DNA from: an uncultured Actinomycetota bacterium
Lineage (GTDB): Bacteria > Actinomycetota > Acidimicrobiia > Acidimicrobiales > SZUA-35
NCBI GenBank assembly: GCA_963732695.1
Contig: CAVTAP010000003.1
Location: 15,532 to 79,531 of the forward strand
Direction: 5' to 3'
Length of the DNA: 64,000 nucleotides
The notes beneath the pieces are model-generated. The model did not search any database. It had not been told where the DNA came from and was given only the letters and a program-made list of their open reading frames with translations. This document shows positions 19,262 to 27,728 of this stretch, piece by piece (positions within the stretch are counted from its first letter, which is position 1; each line of letters begins with the position of its first letter). The position numbers and the translations under genes were made by a program.

Positions 19262-19900
19262 ATGGCTCGCCCCCGAACCCCAAAGGGCCGCGCTCAGCGC
19301 GCCCACCAGCTCCTGGCCGACGAATACCCCGAGGCCCGGTGCGAGCTCGACCACACCGACGCCTTCCAGCTGCTGATCGCCACGATCCTGTCGGCCCAGG
19401 CCACCGACGTGGGGGTGAACAAGGTGACCCCCCGGCTGTTCGCCCGCTATCCCGACGCCTGGGCCCTGGCCGCCGCCTCGCCCGAGGAGGTCGAGCCGCT
19501 GATCTCGAGCCTCGGGCTGTTCCGCAACAAGGCGAAGAGCATCGTCACCTGCGCCTCCCAGCTCGTGGAGCGCCACGGGGGCGAGGTGCCGGGGGCGATG
19601 GCCGATCTCACGGCTCTGGCCGGCGTCGGTCGCAAGACGGCCAACGTGGTGCGCAGCGTGGCGCTGGGCCTGCCCGGCCTCCCGGTCGACACCCACGTGC
19701 TGCGGCTCAGCGGCCTCCTCCAGCTCACCACCGAGACCGACCCGGTGAAGGTGGAGCACGTCCTGAACCCGATGATCCCGGCAGCCGAACGCGGCCTGTT
19801 CAGCCTCCGGATGATCCTCCACGGCCGGCGGGTGTGCGTGGCCCGCCGCCCCGACTGCGGCCACTGCGTACTGGCCGACTTCTGCCCCTCCGTTCGCTGA
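19262..19900 (+). CDS. nth: Endonuclease III
   Basis: FQLLIATILSAQATD, the HhH-GPD segment LAGVGRKTANVV...PVDTHV, and the 4Fe-4S cluster CX6CX2CX5C (CVARRPDCGHCVLADFC). Confidence 0.9.
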   Translation: MARPRTPKGRAQRAHQLLADEYPEARCELDHTDAFQLLIATILSAQATDVGVNKVTPRLFARYPDAWALAAASPEEVEPLISSLGLFRNKAKSIVTCASQLVERHGGEVPGAMADLTALAGVGRKTANVVRSVALGLPGLPVDTHVLRLSGLLQLTTETDPVKVEHVLNPMIPAAERGLFSLRMILHGRRVCVARRPDCGHCVLADFCPSVR

Positions 19901-20063
19901 CCCGGCCCGCCGGCAGCGAAGGGGGCGCAGAGAGTAGCAAGCGCCCGGGCCCGGTGGCTGATGCGCGCCTTTTTGCCCAAAGGGGTCGGGTAATCGTGTC
20001 CATCGACCCCAAAATTTTCTGAATATCCACCCTCTTCTGGGTGCGGCGATTTATATTGATGAC

Positions 20064-20161
20064 AGCCAGGTTCCCGCCACCTGGTAGCAGCGACAACAGG
20101 GATCCGCCGCCCTGTGTCGCGCCGCCGGCGCCCCCGTTTGTGGGGCGCCGGCGTTCATTTT
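20064..20161 (+). ncRNA. Candidate small RNA: two hairpins with C-rich loops followed by an intrinsic terminator
   Basis: A TATATT -10-like hexamer lies at 20052-20057. Hairpin 1 is at 20066-20084 (CCAGG-UUCCCGCCA-CCUGG). Hairpin 2 is at 20096-20115 (ACAGGG-AUCCGCCG-CCCUGU). An 11-bp GC stem at 20124-20152 is followed by GUUCAUUUU. The overlapping ORF (20041..20289) is Pro-rich and looks non-coding. Confidence 0.4.
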
Positions 20162-20164
20162 GGC

Positions 20165-20209
20165 CTCGGCCGGACCAGGCTCCTGAGCCGGTCCGGCCGA
20201 GTGCCTTTT
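20165..20209 (+). terminator. Strong intrinsic terminator hairpin immediately after the first one (tandem terminators)
   Basis: CTCGGCCGGACC...GGTCCGGCCGAG forms a 12-bp stem (with an inner GGCTC/GAGCC extension), followed by TGCCTTTT. Confidence 0.6.
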
Positions 20210-20431
20210 GGTCTCTCACCTGGGGAAACGTCGATCCTTCATCGACACGCTGGGTCCCGTTTGGACCTGAGGTGGCGGTGATCGGCTGATCTCGGAGTAT
20301 CTCGTCGGGGGCGATCCCCCTCGACGTATCTGCTACAACCAGCGTGCGCTTGAATGTCTATGAATAGACCGATTTCTAGCCGCTCTATTTGAGTATTAGA
20401 TGCGACTCAATGTCTCGTCTATTGGTGGCGA

Positions 20432-20620
20432 TCAACGCTCGGCCTGGCGCAGGATGCTGGTGAGGCGGCGGGCTGAAGCCTCGAGCTGGCGCTCCAGTTC
20501 CCTGAGGGCCAGGCCCGCCTCCTCCTTCTCGTCGCAGGCCGCCGCCAGCTGACCGATGCGGAGCGTCAACTCGTCGAGCGATGACGACAGCGAGGCGAGA
20601 GCGCTCAGGTCCAGGGCCAT
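20432..20620 (-). CDS. Small helical/coiled-coil hypothetical protein (62 aa)
   Basis: Track ORF 20432..20626. I prefer the second ATG at 20620 (GAAGGA upstream). Third-codon-position GC is high, like the host genes. Sequence MALDLSALASLSSSLDELTLRIGQLAAACDEKEEAGLALRELERQLEASARRL has heptad-like character. I recognised no family. Confidence 0.4.
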   Translation of the reverse strand: MALDLSALASLSSSLDELTLRIGQLAAACDEKEEAGLALRELERQLEASARRLTSILRQAER

Positions 20621-20737
20621 GTCCATCCTTCGGGAGCAGGGGGCGCAGCGTCCGGCGCCGGTACCGGGAGGGCGACGCCTCTGACCTGCGTCGAGGGGGT
20701 CCGCCCCACGCTAGCGTCGAGGGGTGAACCACAGCCT

Positions 20738-23230
20738 TTGGCACTCCATCGGCGCGCTGCCGTGTTGAACCGTCTCGATCTTCGAGGGCTGGGAACCGGG
20801 GTGGCCGGCCGGCTTCCCCGCCCGGCCATTGCCGGCGACGGACCGCGGGCCGTGGTGCGGGACGTGATCGCCGAGGTCCGGCGTGATGGCGATGCGGCGC
20901 TGTGCCGCCTCACGGAGCGGTTCGACGGGGTGGCCCTCACGTCGATCCGGGTTCCGGAGGCCGAGCTCGACGCCGCCCTGGCCGGGATCGCCCCGGCGCT
21001 GCGAGCGGCCATGGAGGCCGCCATCGACGGCATCGAGGCCTTCCACCGCCACCAGGTACGACCCCCGCACCTGGTCGAGAGCCCGGGGATGACGATCCGG
21101 GCCTACCAGAAGCCGATGGGGCGGGCCGGGCTGTACGTGCCGGGCGGGCGGGCCGAGTACCCCTCCACCGTGCTGATGACGGCGGTGCCGGCCCGGGTGG
21201 CCGGCGTGGGCGAGATCGTGTTGTGCGTGCCGCCCGATCGCCGCATCGGGGCCATCGCTCCCTCGGTGCTGGCCGCCGCCCGCCTGGCCGGGGTGACCGA
21301 GGTGTACGCCGTGGGCGGGGCCCAGGCCGTCGCCGCCATGGCCTACGGCACCGAGTCGATCCGGCCGGTCGATGTGATCGCCGGTCCCGGCAACGTCTAC
21401 GTGGCCCTGGCCAAGCAGGAAGTGGCGGGCCAGGTGGGTATCGCCGCCGCTTTCGCCGGCCCGTCCGAGGTGGTGGTGGTGGCCGATGCCGGGGCCAACC
21501 CCGATCTGGCCGCCATCGACGTGATCGTGCAGGCCGAGCACGGCCCCGACGGCCTGGCCTGGCTCGTCACCTGGGACGAGGCCGTGGCCGACGCCGTGTG
21601 CGCCGCCGGGGAACGGCTCCTGGCCGACGCCCCCCGGGCGGCCGATGTGCGCTCCACCCTGGCCGCCGGCGGCTACGCCGTGCTGGTCGACGATCCGGCG
21701 GCCGCCCTGGCCGTGGTCAACGCCATCGCCCCCGAGCACCTGGAGCTCCAGTGCGCCGGGGCCGACGAGCTGGCCGGCCGGGTCGACAACGCCGGTGCCA
21801 TCTTCTGCGGTCCCTGGTCGCCGGCCTCGGTGGGTGACTACGTCGCCGGCCCCAGCCACGTGCTGCCCACCTACGGGTCGGCCCGGTTCGCCAGCGCCCT
21901 CACCGTGGCCGACTTCTGCAAGGACCACCACGTGGTCACGCTCGAGCCCGCCGGCATCCAACGCCTCGGCCCCCATGTGGTGGCGCTGGCCGACGCCGAG
22001 GGCCTCACCGCCCACGCCGACTCGGTCCGCCTCCGGCTCGAGCTACTTGCCACCGGCGGAGCCGGCCGGTGGGGTGAGGGCCGCGAAAGCTCCCCGAAGG
22101 GGAGCCGTGGTGGGGAGGCGGCGCAGCCGCCGGGGGCGGAGAGCCCCCCGGATGATCGGCCCACGGTACGCGAGGACCTCAAGACCCTCGATGGGTACCA
22201 CTCGCCCCAGCTCACGGTGGATGTGCGGCTCAACACCAACGAGGCCCCCGAGCCGCCACCCGAGGCGTTCAACCGGGCCGTGGAGGCGGCGGTGGCCGGT
22301 GTCGAATGGCACCGCTACCCCGACCGGGCGGCCACCGACCTGAGGGCCGCCATCGGGAAGATCCACGGCGTGCCCGGCGACCAGGTGTTCTGCGCCAACG
22401 GGTCGAACGAGGTGATCCAGACCGTCCTGCTGGCCTACGCCGGCCCGGGCCGGAAGGTGGCGACCTTCGAGCCCACCTACGCCATGCACGCCCACATCAC
22501 AAGGATCACGGGTGCCACCAGCGTGGTGGGGGAGCGGCGAGACGACTTCACCCTCGACCTCGACGACGTGGCCCGGGTGATCGCCACCGAGCGGCCGGCC
22601 GTCACCTTCCTCTGCTCGCCCAACAACCCCACTGGCACGGTGGAGACCGAGGCGTCGGTCCGGGCGGTGCTGGCCATGGTGGAAGCGGTGGGCGGGCTGT
22701 TGTTCGTCGACGAGGCCTACGGCCAGTTCGCTCCGTGGTCGGCCGCCGCCCTGCTCGACGACGACCGGGCCCTGGTGGTGTCCCGTACCTTCTCCAAGAC
22801 CTGGGCCATGGCCGGCGCCCGCCTGGGCTACCTGCTGGCCCCGGCCTGGCTGGTCGGTGAGCTGGAGAAGGTCGTGTTGCCGTACCACCTCGACACCCTC
22901 AAGCAGCGGGCCGGCCTGGCCGCCCTGGGCTTCGTGGACGACATGGAGCGGCGGGTCTCGTCGATCGTGGAGGAGCGGGGGCGGATCGAGGCCACCCTGC
23001 GGGAACTCGGTTGCGAGGTGTGGCCCTCGGGTGCCAACTTCGTGCTGTTCCGCCCCACCCGGCCCGGCCGCCAGGTGTGGCAGGGGCTGGTGGACCGTTC
23101 GGTGCTGGTGCGCGACGTGTCGGGCTGGGACCGGCTCGACGGGTGCCTCCGGGTGACGGTGGGCACCGCCACCGACAACGACCGGTTCCTGGCCGGTATG
23201 ACCGAGCTCCTGGAGGAGACCGCACCATGA
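20738..23230 (+). CDS. hisD: Histidinol dehydrogenase (HisD) and histidinol-phosphate aminotransferase (HisC) encoded as one 830-aa ORF
   Basis: The N-terminal ~435 aa are HisD (YVPGGRAEYPSTVLM, QAEHGPD, PEHLEL, GDYVAGPSHVLPT). A ~40-aa low-complexity linker follows. The C-terminal ~355 aa are HisC (LNTNEAP, YPD, NGSNEVIQ, PNNPTG, DEAY, the SRTFSKTWAMAGARLGY PLP-Lys motif). No stop separates the two parts. The start may be TTG 20738 or GTG 20762. Confidence 0.8.
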   Translation: MALHRRAAVLNRLDLRGLGTGVAGRLPRPAIAGDGPRAVVRDVIAEVRRDGDAALCRLTERFDGVALTSIRVPEAELDAALAGIAPALRAAMEAAIDGIEAFHRHQVRPPHLVESPGMTIRAYQKPMGRAGLYVPGGRAEYPSTVLMTAVPARVAGVGEIVLCVPPDRRIGAIAPSVLAAARLAGVTEVYAVGGAQAVAAMAYGTESIRPVDVIAGPGNVYVALAKQEVAGQVGIAAAFAGPSEVVVVADAGANPDLAAIDVIVQAEHGPDGLAWLVTWDEAVADAVCAAGERLLADAPRAADVRSTLAAGGYAVLVDDPAAALAVVNAIAPEHLELQCAGADELAGRVDNAGAIFCGPWSPASVGDYVAGPSHVLPTYGSARFASALTVADFCKDHHVVTLEPAGIQRLGPHVVALADAEGLTAHADSVRLRLELLATGGAGRWGEGRESSPKGSRGGEAAQPPGAESPPDDRPTVREDLKTLDGYHSPQLTVDVRLNTNEAPEPPPEAFNRAVEAAVAGVEWHRYPDRAATDLRAAIGKIHGVPGDQVFCANGSNEVIQTVLLAYAGPGRKVATFEPTYAMHAHITRITGATSVVGERRDDFTLDLDDVARVIATERPAVTFLCSPNNPTGTVETEASVRAVLAMVEAVGGLLFVDEAYGQFAPWSAAALLDDDRALVVSRTFSKTWAMAGARLGYLLAPAWLVGELEKVVLPYHLDTLKQRAGLAALGFVDDMERRVSSIVEERGRIEATLRELGCEVWPSGANFVLFRPTRPGRQVWQGLVDRSVLVRDVSGWDRLDGCLRVTVGTATDNDRFLAGMTELLEETAP

Positions 23231-23826
23231 GCGCACCCCGACGCAGCCACCGCACCCGATCCACGGCCGAGACGTCGATCGAGGTGTCGATCGACCTCGA
23301 CGGCACCGGCGTCACCAGCATCGCCACCGGCATCCCGTTCTACGACCACATGCTCGACCAGCTCGGCCGCCACGGCGGGTTCGACCTGGTGGTGAAGGCC
23401 GACGGCGACATCCACATCGACGCCCACCACACGGTGGAGGACACCGCCATCGTGGTGGGCCAGGCGCTGGCCGAGGCGTGGGGCGACAAGGCCGGTGTGC
23501 GACGCTTCGCCTCCGGCCTCTACCCGCTCGACGAGGCCCTGGTGGAGGTGGCCCTCGACCTGTCGGGCCGGCCGTTCTTCGTGTGGGACGTGGAGCTGCC
23601 CGAGGCCATCCCGCTGGGCACGCCCCCGTTCGACCCGTCGCTGGCCGAGCACGCCCTCCAGAGCCTGGCCACCGCCGCCGGGATCACCCTCCACGTCACG
23701 CTCAAGCGGGGCCGCAACGTGCACCACATCATCGAAGCGTCGTTCAAGGGCGTGGCCCGCTGCCTGCGCGACGCGGTGCGGGTGGAGTACGGCGCCGGTA
23801 TCCCCTCCACCAAGGGGTCGTTGTGA
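23227..23826 (+). CDS. hisB: Imidazoleglycerol-phosphate dehydratase
   Basis: ATG 23227 overlaps the hisC-part TGA (ATGA). Motifs: TGIPFYDHMLDQL, DAHHTVEDTAI, GRNVHHIIEASFKG. Confidence 0.9.
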   Translation: MSAPRRSHRTRSTAETSIEVSIDLDGTGVTSIATGIPFYDHMLDQLGRHGGFDLVVKADGDIHIDAHHTVEDTAIVVGQALAEAWGDKAGVRRFASGLYPLDEALVEVALDLSGRPFFVWDVELPEAIPLGTPPFDPSLAEHALQSLATAAGITLHVTLKRGRNVHHIIEASFKGVARCLRDAVRVEYGAGIPSTKGSL

Positions 23827-23911
23827 CAGGGCCCGAACCGAGGGTCCGGCTGTGACAGGGGCCGAACCCGAGGGTCCGGCTGTGACAGGGGCCGAACCCG
23901 AGGGTCCGGCT
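23823..23911 (+). repeat. Tandem repeat of 29+30+30 bp (GTGACAGGGGCCGAACCCGAGGGTCCGGCT) filling the hisB-hisH spacer
   Basis: Read directly: copies start at 23823, 23852 and 23882. Copy 1 has one substitution and a 1-nt deletion. Each unit holds a GCCGAACC/GGTCCGGC hairpin, a GAGGG element and a GTG. Confidence 0.95.
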
Positions 23912-23914
23912 GCG

Positions 23915-24595
23915 ATGCGCGGGCGGCCCCGGGTGGCGGTGCTCGACTACGGGATCGGCAACCTGCGCTCGGCCCAGCGCGGCCTGGAGCGGGCGGGGGC
24001 CGACGCCCACCTCACCGCCGATCCGGCCGAGATCGCCGCCGCCGACGGCGTGGTGCTGCCCGGCGTGGGCGCCTTCGGGGCCTGTATGCGGGCCCTGGCC
24101 GACACCGGCCTCGACGTGGAGGCCCGCAAGGCGGCCGCCTCCGGCCGGCCCTTCCTCGGGATCTGCGTGGGCATGCAGCTGCTGTACGAGGCGTCGGAGG
24201 AGAGCCCCGGGGTGGACGGTCTGGGGATCCTGCCCGGCGTCATCCGTTGGCTGCCGGAGACGGTCAAGCGGCCCCAGATGCAATGGAACGTGATCACCAC
24301 GGTCACCGGCGCCGGCCAGGGGACCGGTGCCGTCCACCCGCTCGTGCGGGGCATGGACGGGGCCTGGCTGTACTTCGTGCACAGCCTGTCGGCCGACGAT
24401 CCGGCCCACGCCATCGCCACCACCGAGTACGGCACCACCGTGGTGGCGGCCTCGGCCCGCGACAACGTGATGGCCACCCAGTTCCACCCCGAGAAGTCCG
24501 ACAAGGCCGGTCTGCGCCTCCTGCAGAACTACGTCAACCTGCTCGAAGCATCGCCCGCCACCGGAGGCCCGGCGGCGCCCGGAGGTACAGCATGA
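23915..24595 (+). CDS. hisH: Imidazole glycerol phosphate synthase, glutamine amidotransferase subunit
   Basis: VAVLDYGIGNLRS, LPGVGAFG, the GICVGMQ nucleophile elbow, and FHPEKS. ATG 23915 is conservative; the in-frame GTGs at 23852 and 23882 inside the repeat could extend it. Confidence 0.9.
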   Translation: MRGRPRVAVLDYGIGNLRSAQRGLERAGADAHLTADPAEIAAADGVVLPGVGAFGACMRALADTGLDVEARKAAASGRPFLGICVGMQLLYEASEESPGVDGLGILPGVIRWLPETVKRPQMQWNVITTVTGAGQGTGAVHPLVRGMDGAWLYFVHSLSADDPAHAIATTEYGTTVVAASARDNVMATQFHPEKSDKAGLRLLQNYVNLLEASPATGGPAAPGGTA

Positions 24596-25362
24596 CCGCC
24601 ATAGACCCGGCGTTCCGGGTGTTCCCCGCCATCGACCTCCGGGGTGGCCGCTGCGTCCGCCTCTACCAGGGTGACTACGGCCGGGAGACCGTGTACGGCG
24701 ACGATCCGGTGGCCCAGGCGACCGCCTTCGTGGCCGAGGGGGCCAGCGTGCTCCACGTGGTCGATCTCGACGCGGCCCGAACCGGCGAGCCGGTCAACCG
24801 GCCCGTGATCGCCGCCATTTGCGCCGCCGTAGGCGTGCCCGTCCAGGTAGGGGGCGGGGTCCGCACCCGGGAAGCGGCCGAGGCCCTGTACGACCTTGGG
24901 GTGCACCGGGTGGTGATCGGCACCGCCGCCCTGGAGCGGCCCGAGCTGGTGGCCGAGCTGGCCGGAGCCGGCCGCTCGGTGGCGGTTGGCCTCGACGCCC
25001 GGGGCGACGAGGTGGCCACCCACGGCTGGACCGAGCGCACCGGGCGCACGACAGCCGAGCTGGCCCGCCAGTTCGCCGACTCCGGGGTGGAGGCACTGGT
25101 GGTCACCGAGATCGGACGCGACGGCACCCTGGAGGGGCCCGACATCGACGGCCTGGCCCGCCTGGCGGCGGCCACGGAAACGGCGGTGGTGGCTTCGGGT
25201 GGGGTCGGCACGCTGGGCCACATCGCCTCGCTGGCCGCCCTCGAGGTCGAGGGCCGTCGGCGCCTGGCCGGAGTGATCGTGGGTCGGGCCCTCTACGAGG
25301 GGGCATTCGGCCTGGCCGCCGCCCTGGAGTCGGCCGCGGTGGCCCACGGGAGCCGGCCGTGA
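24592..25362 (+). CDS. hisA: ProFAR isomerase HisA (PriA-like position)
   Basis: ATG 24592 overlaps the hisH TGA, with GGAGG at 24581. Motifs: [53 protein letters not shown]. Confidence 0.9.
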   Translation: MTAIDPAFRVFPAIDLRGGRCVRLYQGDYGRETVYGDDPVAQATAFVAEGASVLHVVDLDAARTGEPVNRPVIAAICAAVGVPVQVGGGVRTREAAEALYDLGVHRVVIGTAALERPELVAELAGAGRSVAVGLDARGDEVATHGWTERTGRTTAELARQFADSGVEALVVTEIGRDGTLEGPDIDGLARLAAATETAVVASGGVGTLGHIASLAALEVEGRRRLAGVIVGRALYEGAFGLAAALESAAVAHGSRP

Positions 25363-26144
25363 AGGCGGTCCGGGTGATCCCCTGCCTGGACGTGGACCGG
25401 GGCCGGGTGGTGAAGGGCGTGAACTTCGTCGACATCCGCGACGCCGGCGATCCGGTGGAGCTGGCCGCCCGCTACGACGCCGAAGGGGCCGACGAGCTCG
25501 TCTTCCTCGATATCACGGCCTCCCACGAAGACCGTGACACCACCGTGCACATGGCGGCCGCCGTGGCCGAGCAGGTGTTCATCCCGTTCACCATCGGGGG
25601 CGGGATCCGCTCCGTCGACGATGCCCGGGCGCTGCTGCGGGCGGGGGCCGACAAGGTGTCGGTCAACTCCGCCGCCGTGGCCCGGCCCGAGCTGGTGAGC
25701 GAGATCTCGGCCGTGTTCGGGGCCCAGTGCTGCGTGGTGGCCATCGACGCCCGCCGGTCGTCGGGTCCCGACGGGCCCCCCTCCGGGTTCGAGGTCTACG
25801 TCCGGGGCGGGCGGGCCGCCACCGGGCTCGACGCCGTGGAGTGGGCCCGTACGGTGGAGCGGCTGGGGGCGGGCGAGATCCTGCTCACCTCGATGGACCG
25901 CGACGGCACCCGGGACGGGTTCGACCATGAGCTGAACCGGGCCGTGGCCGGGGCTGTCAACCTGCCCGTGATCGCCTCGGGCGGAGTCGGGACGCTGGCC
26001 CATCTGGCCGACGGGGTGACCGAGGGCGGGGTCGACGCCGTCCTGGCCGCCAGCATCTTCCATTTCGGCGAGGCCACGATCGCCGACGCCAAACGGGCCA
26101 TGACCGCCGCCGGTGTCACCGTCCGCCCTCCCGACGAGAGCTGA
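25359..26144 (+). CDS. hisF: Imidazole glycerol phosphate synthase cyclase subunit
   Basis: GTG 25359 overlaps the hisA TGA (GTGA). Motifs: [54 protein letters not shown]. Confidence 0.9.
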   Translation: MKAVRVIPCLDVDRGRVVKGVNFVDIRDAGDPVELAARYDAEGADELVFLDITASHEDRDTTVHMAAAVAEQVFIPFTIGGGIRSVDDARALLRAGADKVSVNSAAVARPELVSEISAVFGAQCCVVAIDARRSSGPDGPPSGFEVYVRGGRAATGLDAVEWARTVERLGAGEILLTSMDRDGTRDGFDHELNRAVAGAVNLPVIASGGVGTLAHLADGVTEGGVDAVLAASIFHFGEATIADAKRAMTAAGVTVRPPDES

Positions 26145-26158
26145 CCCCCATCGTAATC

Positions 26159-26195
26159 AGGAGCTTGAGCGGCGCTGAGCGCAGCTCAGGCTCCT
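26159..26195. terminator. 12-bp-stem hairpin between convergent hisF and a hydrolase gene; member of a two-copy repeat family
   Basis: AGGAGCTTGAGC-GGCGCTGAGCGCA-GCTCAGGCTCCT, with one G-U pair. It overlaps the TAG of the minus-strand hydrolase. The core TGAGCGGCGCTGAGCGC recurs at 39135-39151. Confidence 0.6.
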
Positions 26196-26874
26196 AAGAA
26201 TCGGCGGGGCGGGGGGCGATGGCGTCGAGTGCGTCAGAGCCGAGGGCCACCACCCGGTCGAGTCCGGCCATGAAGAAGTGGTCGGCCCCGGGCACGGGGG
26301 TGACGGTGGTGTTGACGGCGTCGGCCACCATGGGCACCAGGTCGTCGTAGGGGCGGAACTGGTCCTCCTCCGCTGACGCCATCCACACCGGGCGCGGGTC
26401 GCGCAGGGCCACCATCTCGGACGGGTCCACCACCCGCAGCACCGGGGCCACGGCCAGCCAGCCCGCCACGCCCGGGTGGTCGACGGCCAGCGACACATCG
26501 GCCCCGAACGAGTAGCCGGCCAGCAGCAGCGGGACCCCGGGCCACCGTCGGGCCAGCTCGTCGAGCGCCGCGGCCACGTCGAGACGCTCCCCCTGGCCGT
26601 GGTCGTGCCGGCCCTCGGAGCCGCTGGTGCCCCGGAAGTTGAACCGGAGCACGGCCGCTCCCTGCCGAGGCAGCCCGCCGAACAGGGCCTCCACCACGTT
26701 GTTGTACATCGATCCGCCGTGGAGGGGATGGGGATGGCACACCACCACCGCCGCCCGGGGGGTGTCGGCCCCGGCGGGCACCGCCAGCTCCGCCCGGAGG
26801 TCGAGCCCGTCGGCGGTCGACACCGCCAGGCGGGTCACCGCCACCGCCTCCCCTTGGCCCATGTCGTCGCTCAT
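26194..26874 (-). CDS. Alpha/beta hydrolase fold protein (short, serine-hydrolase type)
   Basis: ATG 26874 gives MSDDMGQGEAVAV... Motifs: VVVCHPHPLHGGSMYNNV, FNFRGTSGSEG, GYSFGA (GxSxG), ADHFF. The upstream 96 codons of the track ORF are antisense to the GroES-like gene. Confidence 0.6.
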   Translation of the reverse strand: MSDDMGQGEAVAVTRLAVSTADGLDLRAELAVPAGADTPRAAVVVCHPHPLHGGSMYNNVVEALFGGLPRQGAAVLRFNFRGTSGSEGRHDHGQGERLDVAAALDELARRWPGVPLLLAGYSFGADVSLAVDHPGVAGWLAVAPVLRVVDPSEMVALRDPRPVWMASAEEDQFRPYDDLVPMVADAVNTTVTPVPGADHFFMAGLDRVVALGSDALDAIAPRPADS

Positions 26875-26974
26875 AGGGGGAGACGCTACCGTTTCTCCCG
26901 TGGCCGACGAAGATCCGACTCCTGAACCCTTGAGCGCCCCGGCGGCGAAGGGGGCGGCGGCCGGCGGCGAGAAG

Positions 26975-27283
26975 ATGCCGATCAAGATGCTGAACGACCG
27001 CATCCTGGTGAAGCTGGAAGGGCCCGACGGGGAGCGCAAGAGCACCGGCGGCATCCTGATCCCGGCCACGGCCCAGGTGGGCAAGCGGCTGGCCTGGGCC
27101 CAGGTGGTGGCGCTCGGCCCCAGCGTGCGGTCCATGGAGGCCGAGGACCGGGTGCTGTTCAACCCGGAGGACCGCTACGAGGTCGAGGTCGGTGGGCGCG
27201 ACTACATCATCCTGCGGGAGCGAGACATCCACGCCGTGGCGGCCAAGCGCCTCGACGACTCCCACACCGGCCTCTACCTCTGA
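26975..27283 (+). CDS. GroES/Cpn10-family co-chaperonin-like protein
   Basis: [34 protein letters not shown]...AQVVALGPS...[31 protein letters not shown] follows the Cpn10 pattern (xPLxDRVLVK...T.GGI.IP...G.VVAVG). An alternative start is GTG 26900. Confidence 0.6.
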   Translation: MPIKMLNDRILVKLEGPDGERKSTGGILIPATAQVGKRLAWAQVVALGPSVRSMEAEDRVLFNPEDRYEVEVGGRDYIILRERDIHAVAAKRLDDSHTGLYL

Positions 27284-27299
27284 TCGGGGGGCACCCCTC

Positions 27300-27728
27300 A
27301 TGGCCGGCAACCCTGCCAGCGAACCCCCACCGCCCGTCGGTGCCGCCTTCCCGATCGAGCCCACCGCCGAGCAACTGGCGGACGTGGTGTACAACGACCA
27401 GGGGCTGGTGCCGGCGATCGTGCAGGACGAGGCGTCGGGCCAGGTGCTGATGATGGCCTGGATGTCGGCCGAGTCGTTGGCCCTCAGCCTGGCCGAGGGC
27501 CGCACCGTGTTCTGGTCCCGTTCCCGCCAGGAGCTGTGGCGCAAGGGCGACACCTCGGGCGACCGCCAGTGGATCCGCAGCGCCTGGTACGACTGCGACG
27601 GCGACGTGCTGCTGTTCCGGGTGCTCCAGGAGGGGCGCGGGGCGTGCCACACCGGTGCCCGCTCGTGCTTTTTCCGCCCCTTCGGGGCCCCCTTCAGCCC
27701 CCCCATCGACGAGGAGTCCAACCGATGA
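27300..27728 (+). CDS. hisI: Phosphoribosyl-AMP cyclohydrolase
   Basis: GLVPAIVQD...QVLMMAWMS...[17 protein letters not shown]...DCDGDVLL...GACHTG. Confidence 0.9.
   Translation: MAGNPASEPPPPVGAAFPIEPTAEQLADVVYNDQGLVPAIVQDEASGQVLMMAWMSAESLALSLAEGRTVFWSRSRQELWRKGDTSGDRQWIRSAWYDCDGDVLLFRVLQEGRGACHTGARSCFFRPFGAPFSPPIDEESNR

Noticed and set aside
20041-20289. An 82-aa ORF (MRRFILMTARFPPPGSS...) in the nth-hisD non-coding island.
   Set aside because: It is Pro/Arg-rich and runs straight through two intrinsic terminator hairpins. It has no SD and no coding-like periodicity. I interpret the region as RNA or regulatory sequence.
23823-23911. Possible CRISPR arrays at the tandem repeats (23823-23911, 15130-15313, 47376-47444, 32257-32322).
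   Set aside because: The repeats are directly adjacent with no unique spacers, there are only 2-3 copies, and the window has no cas genes.
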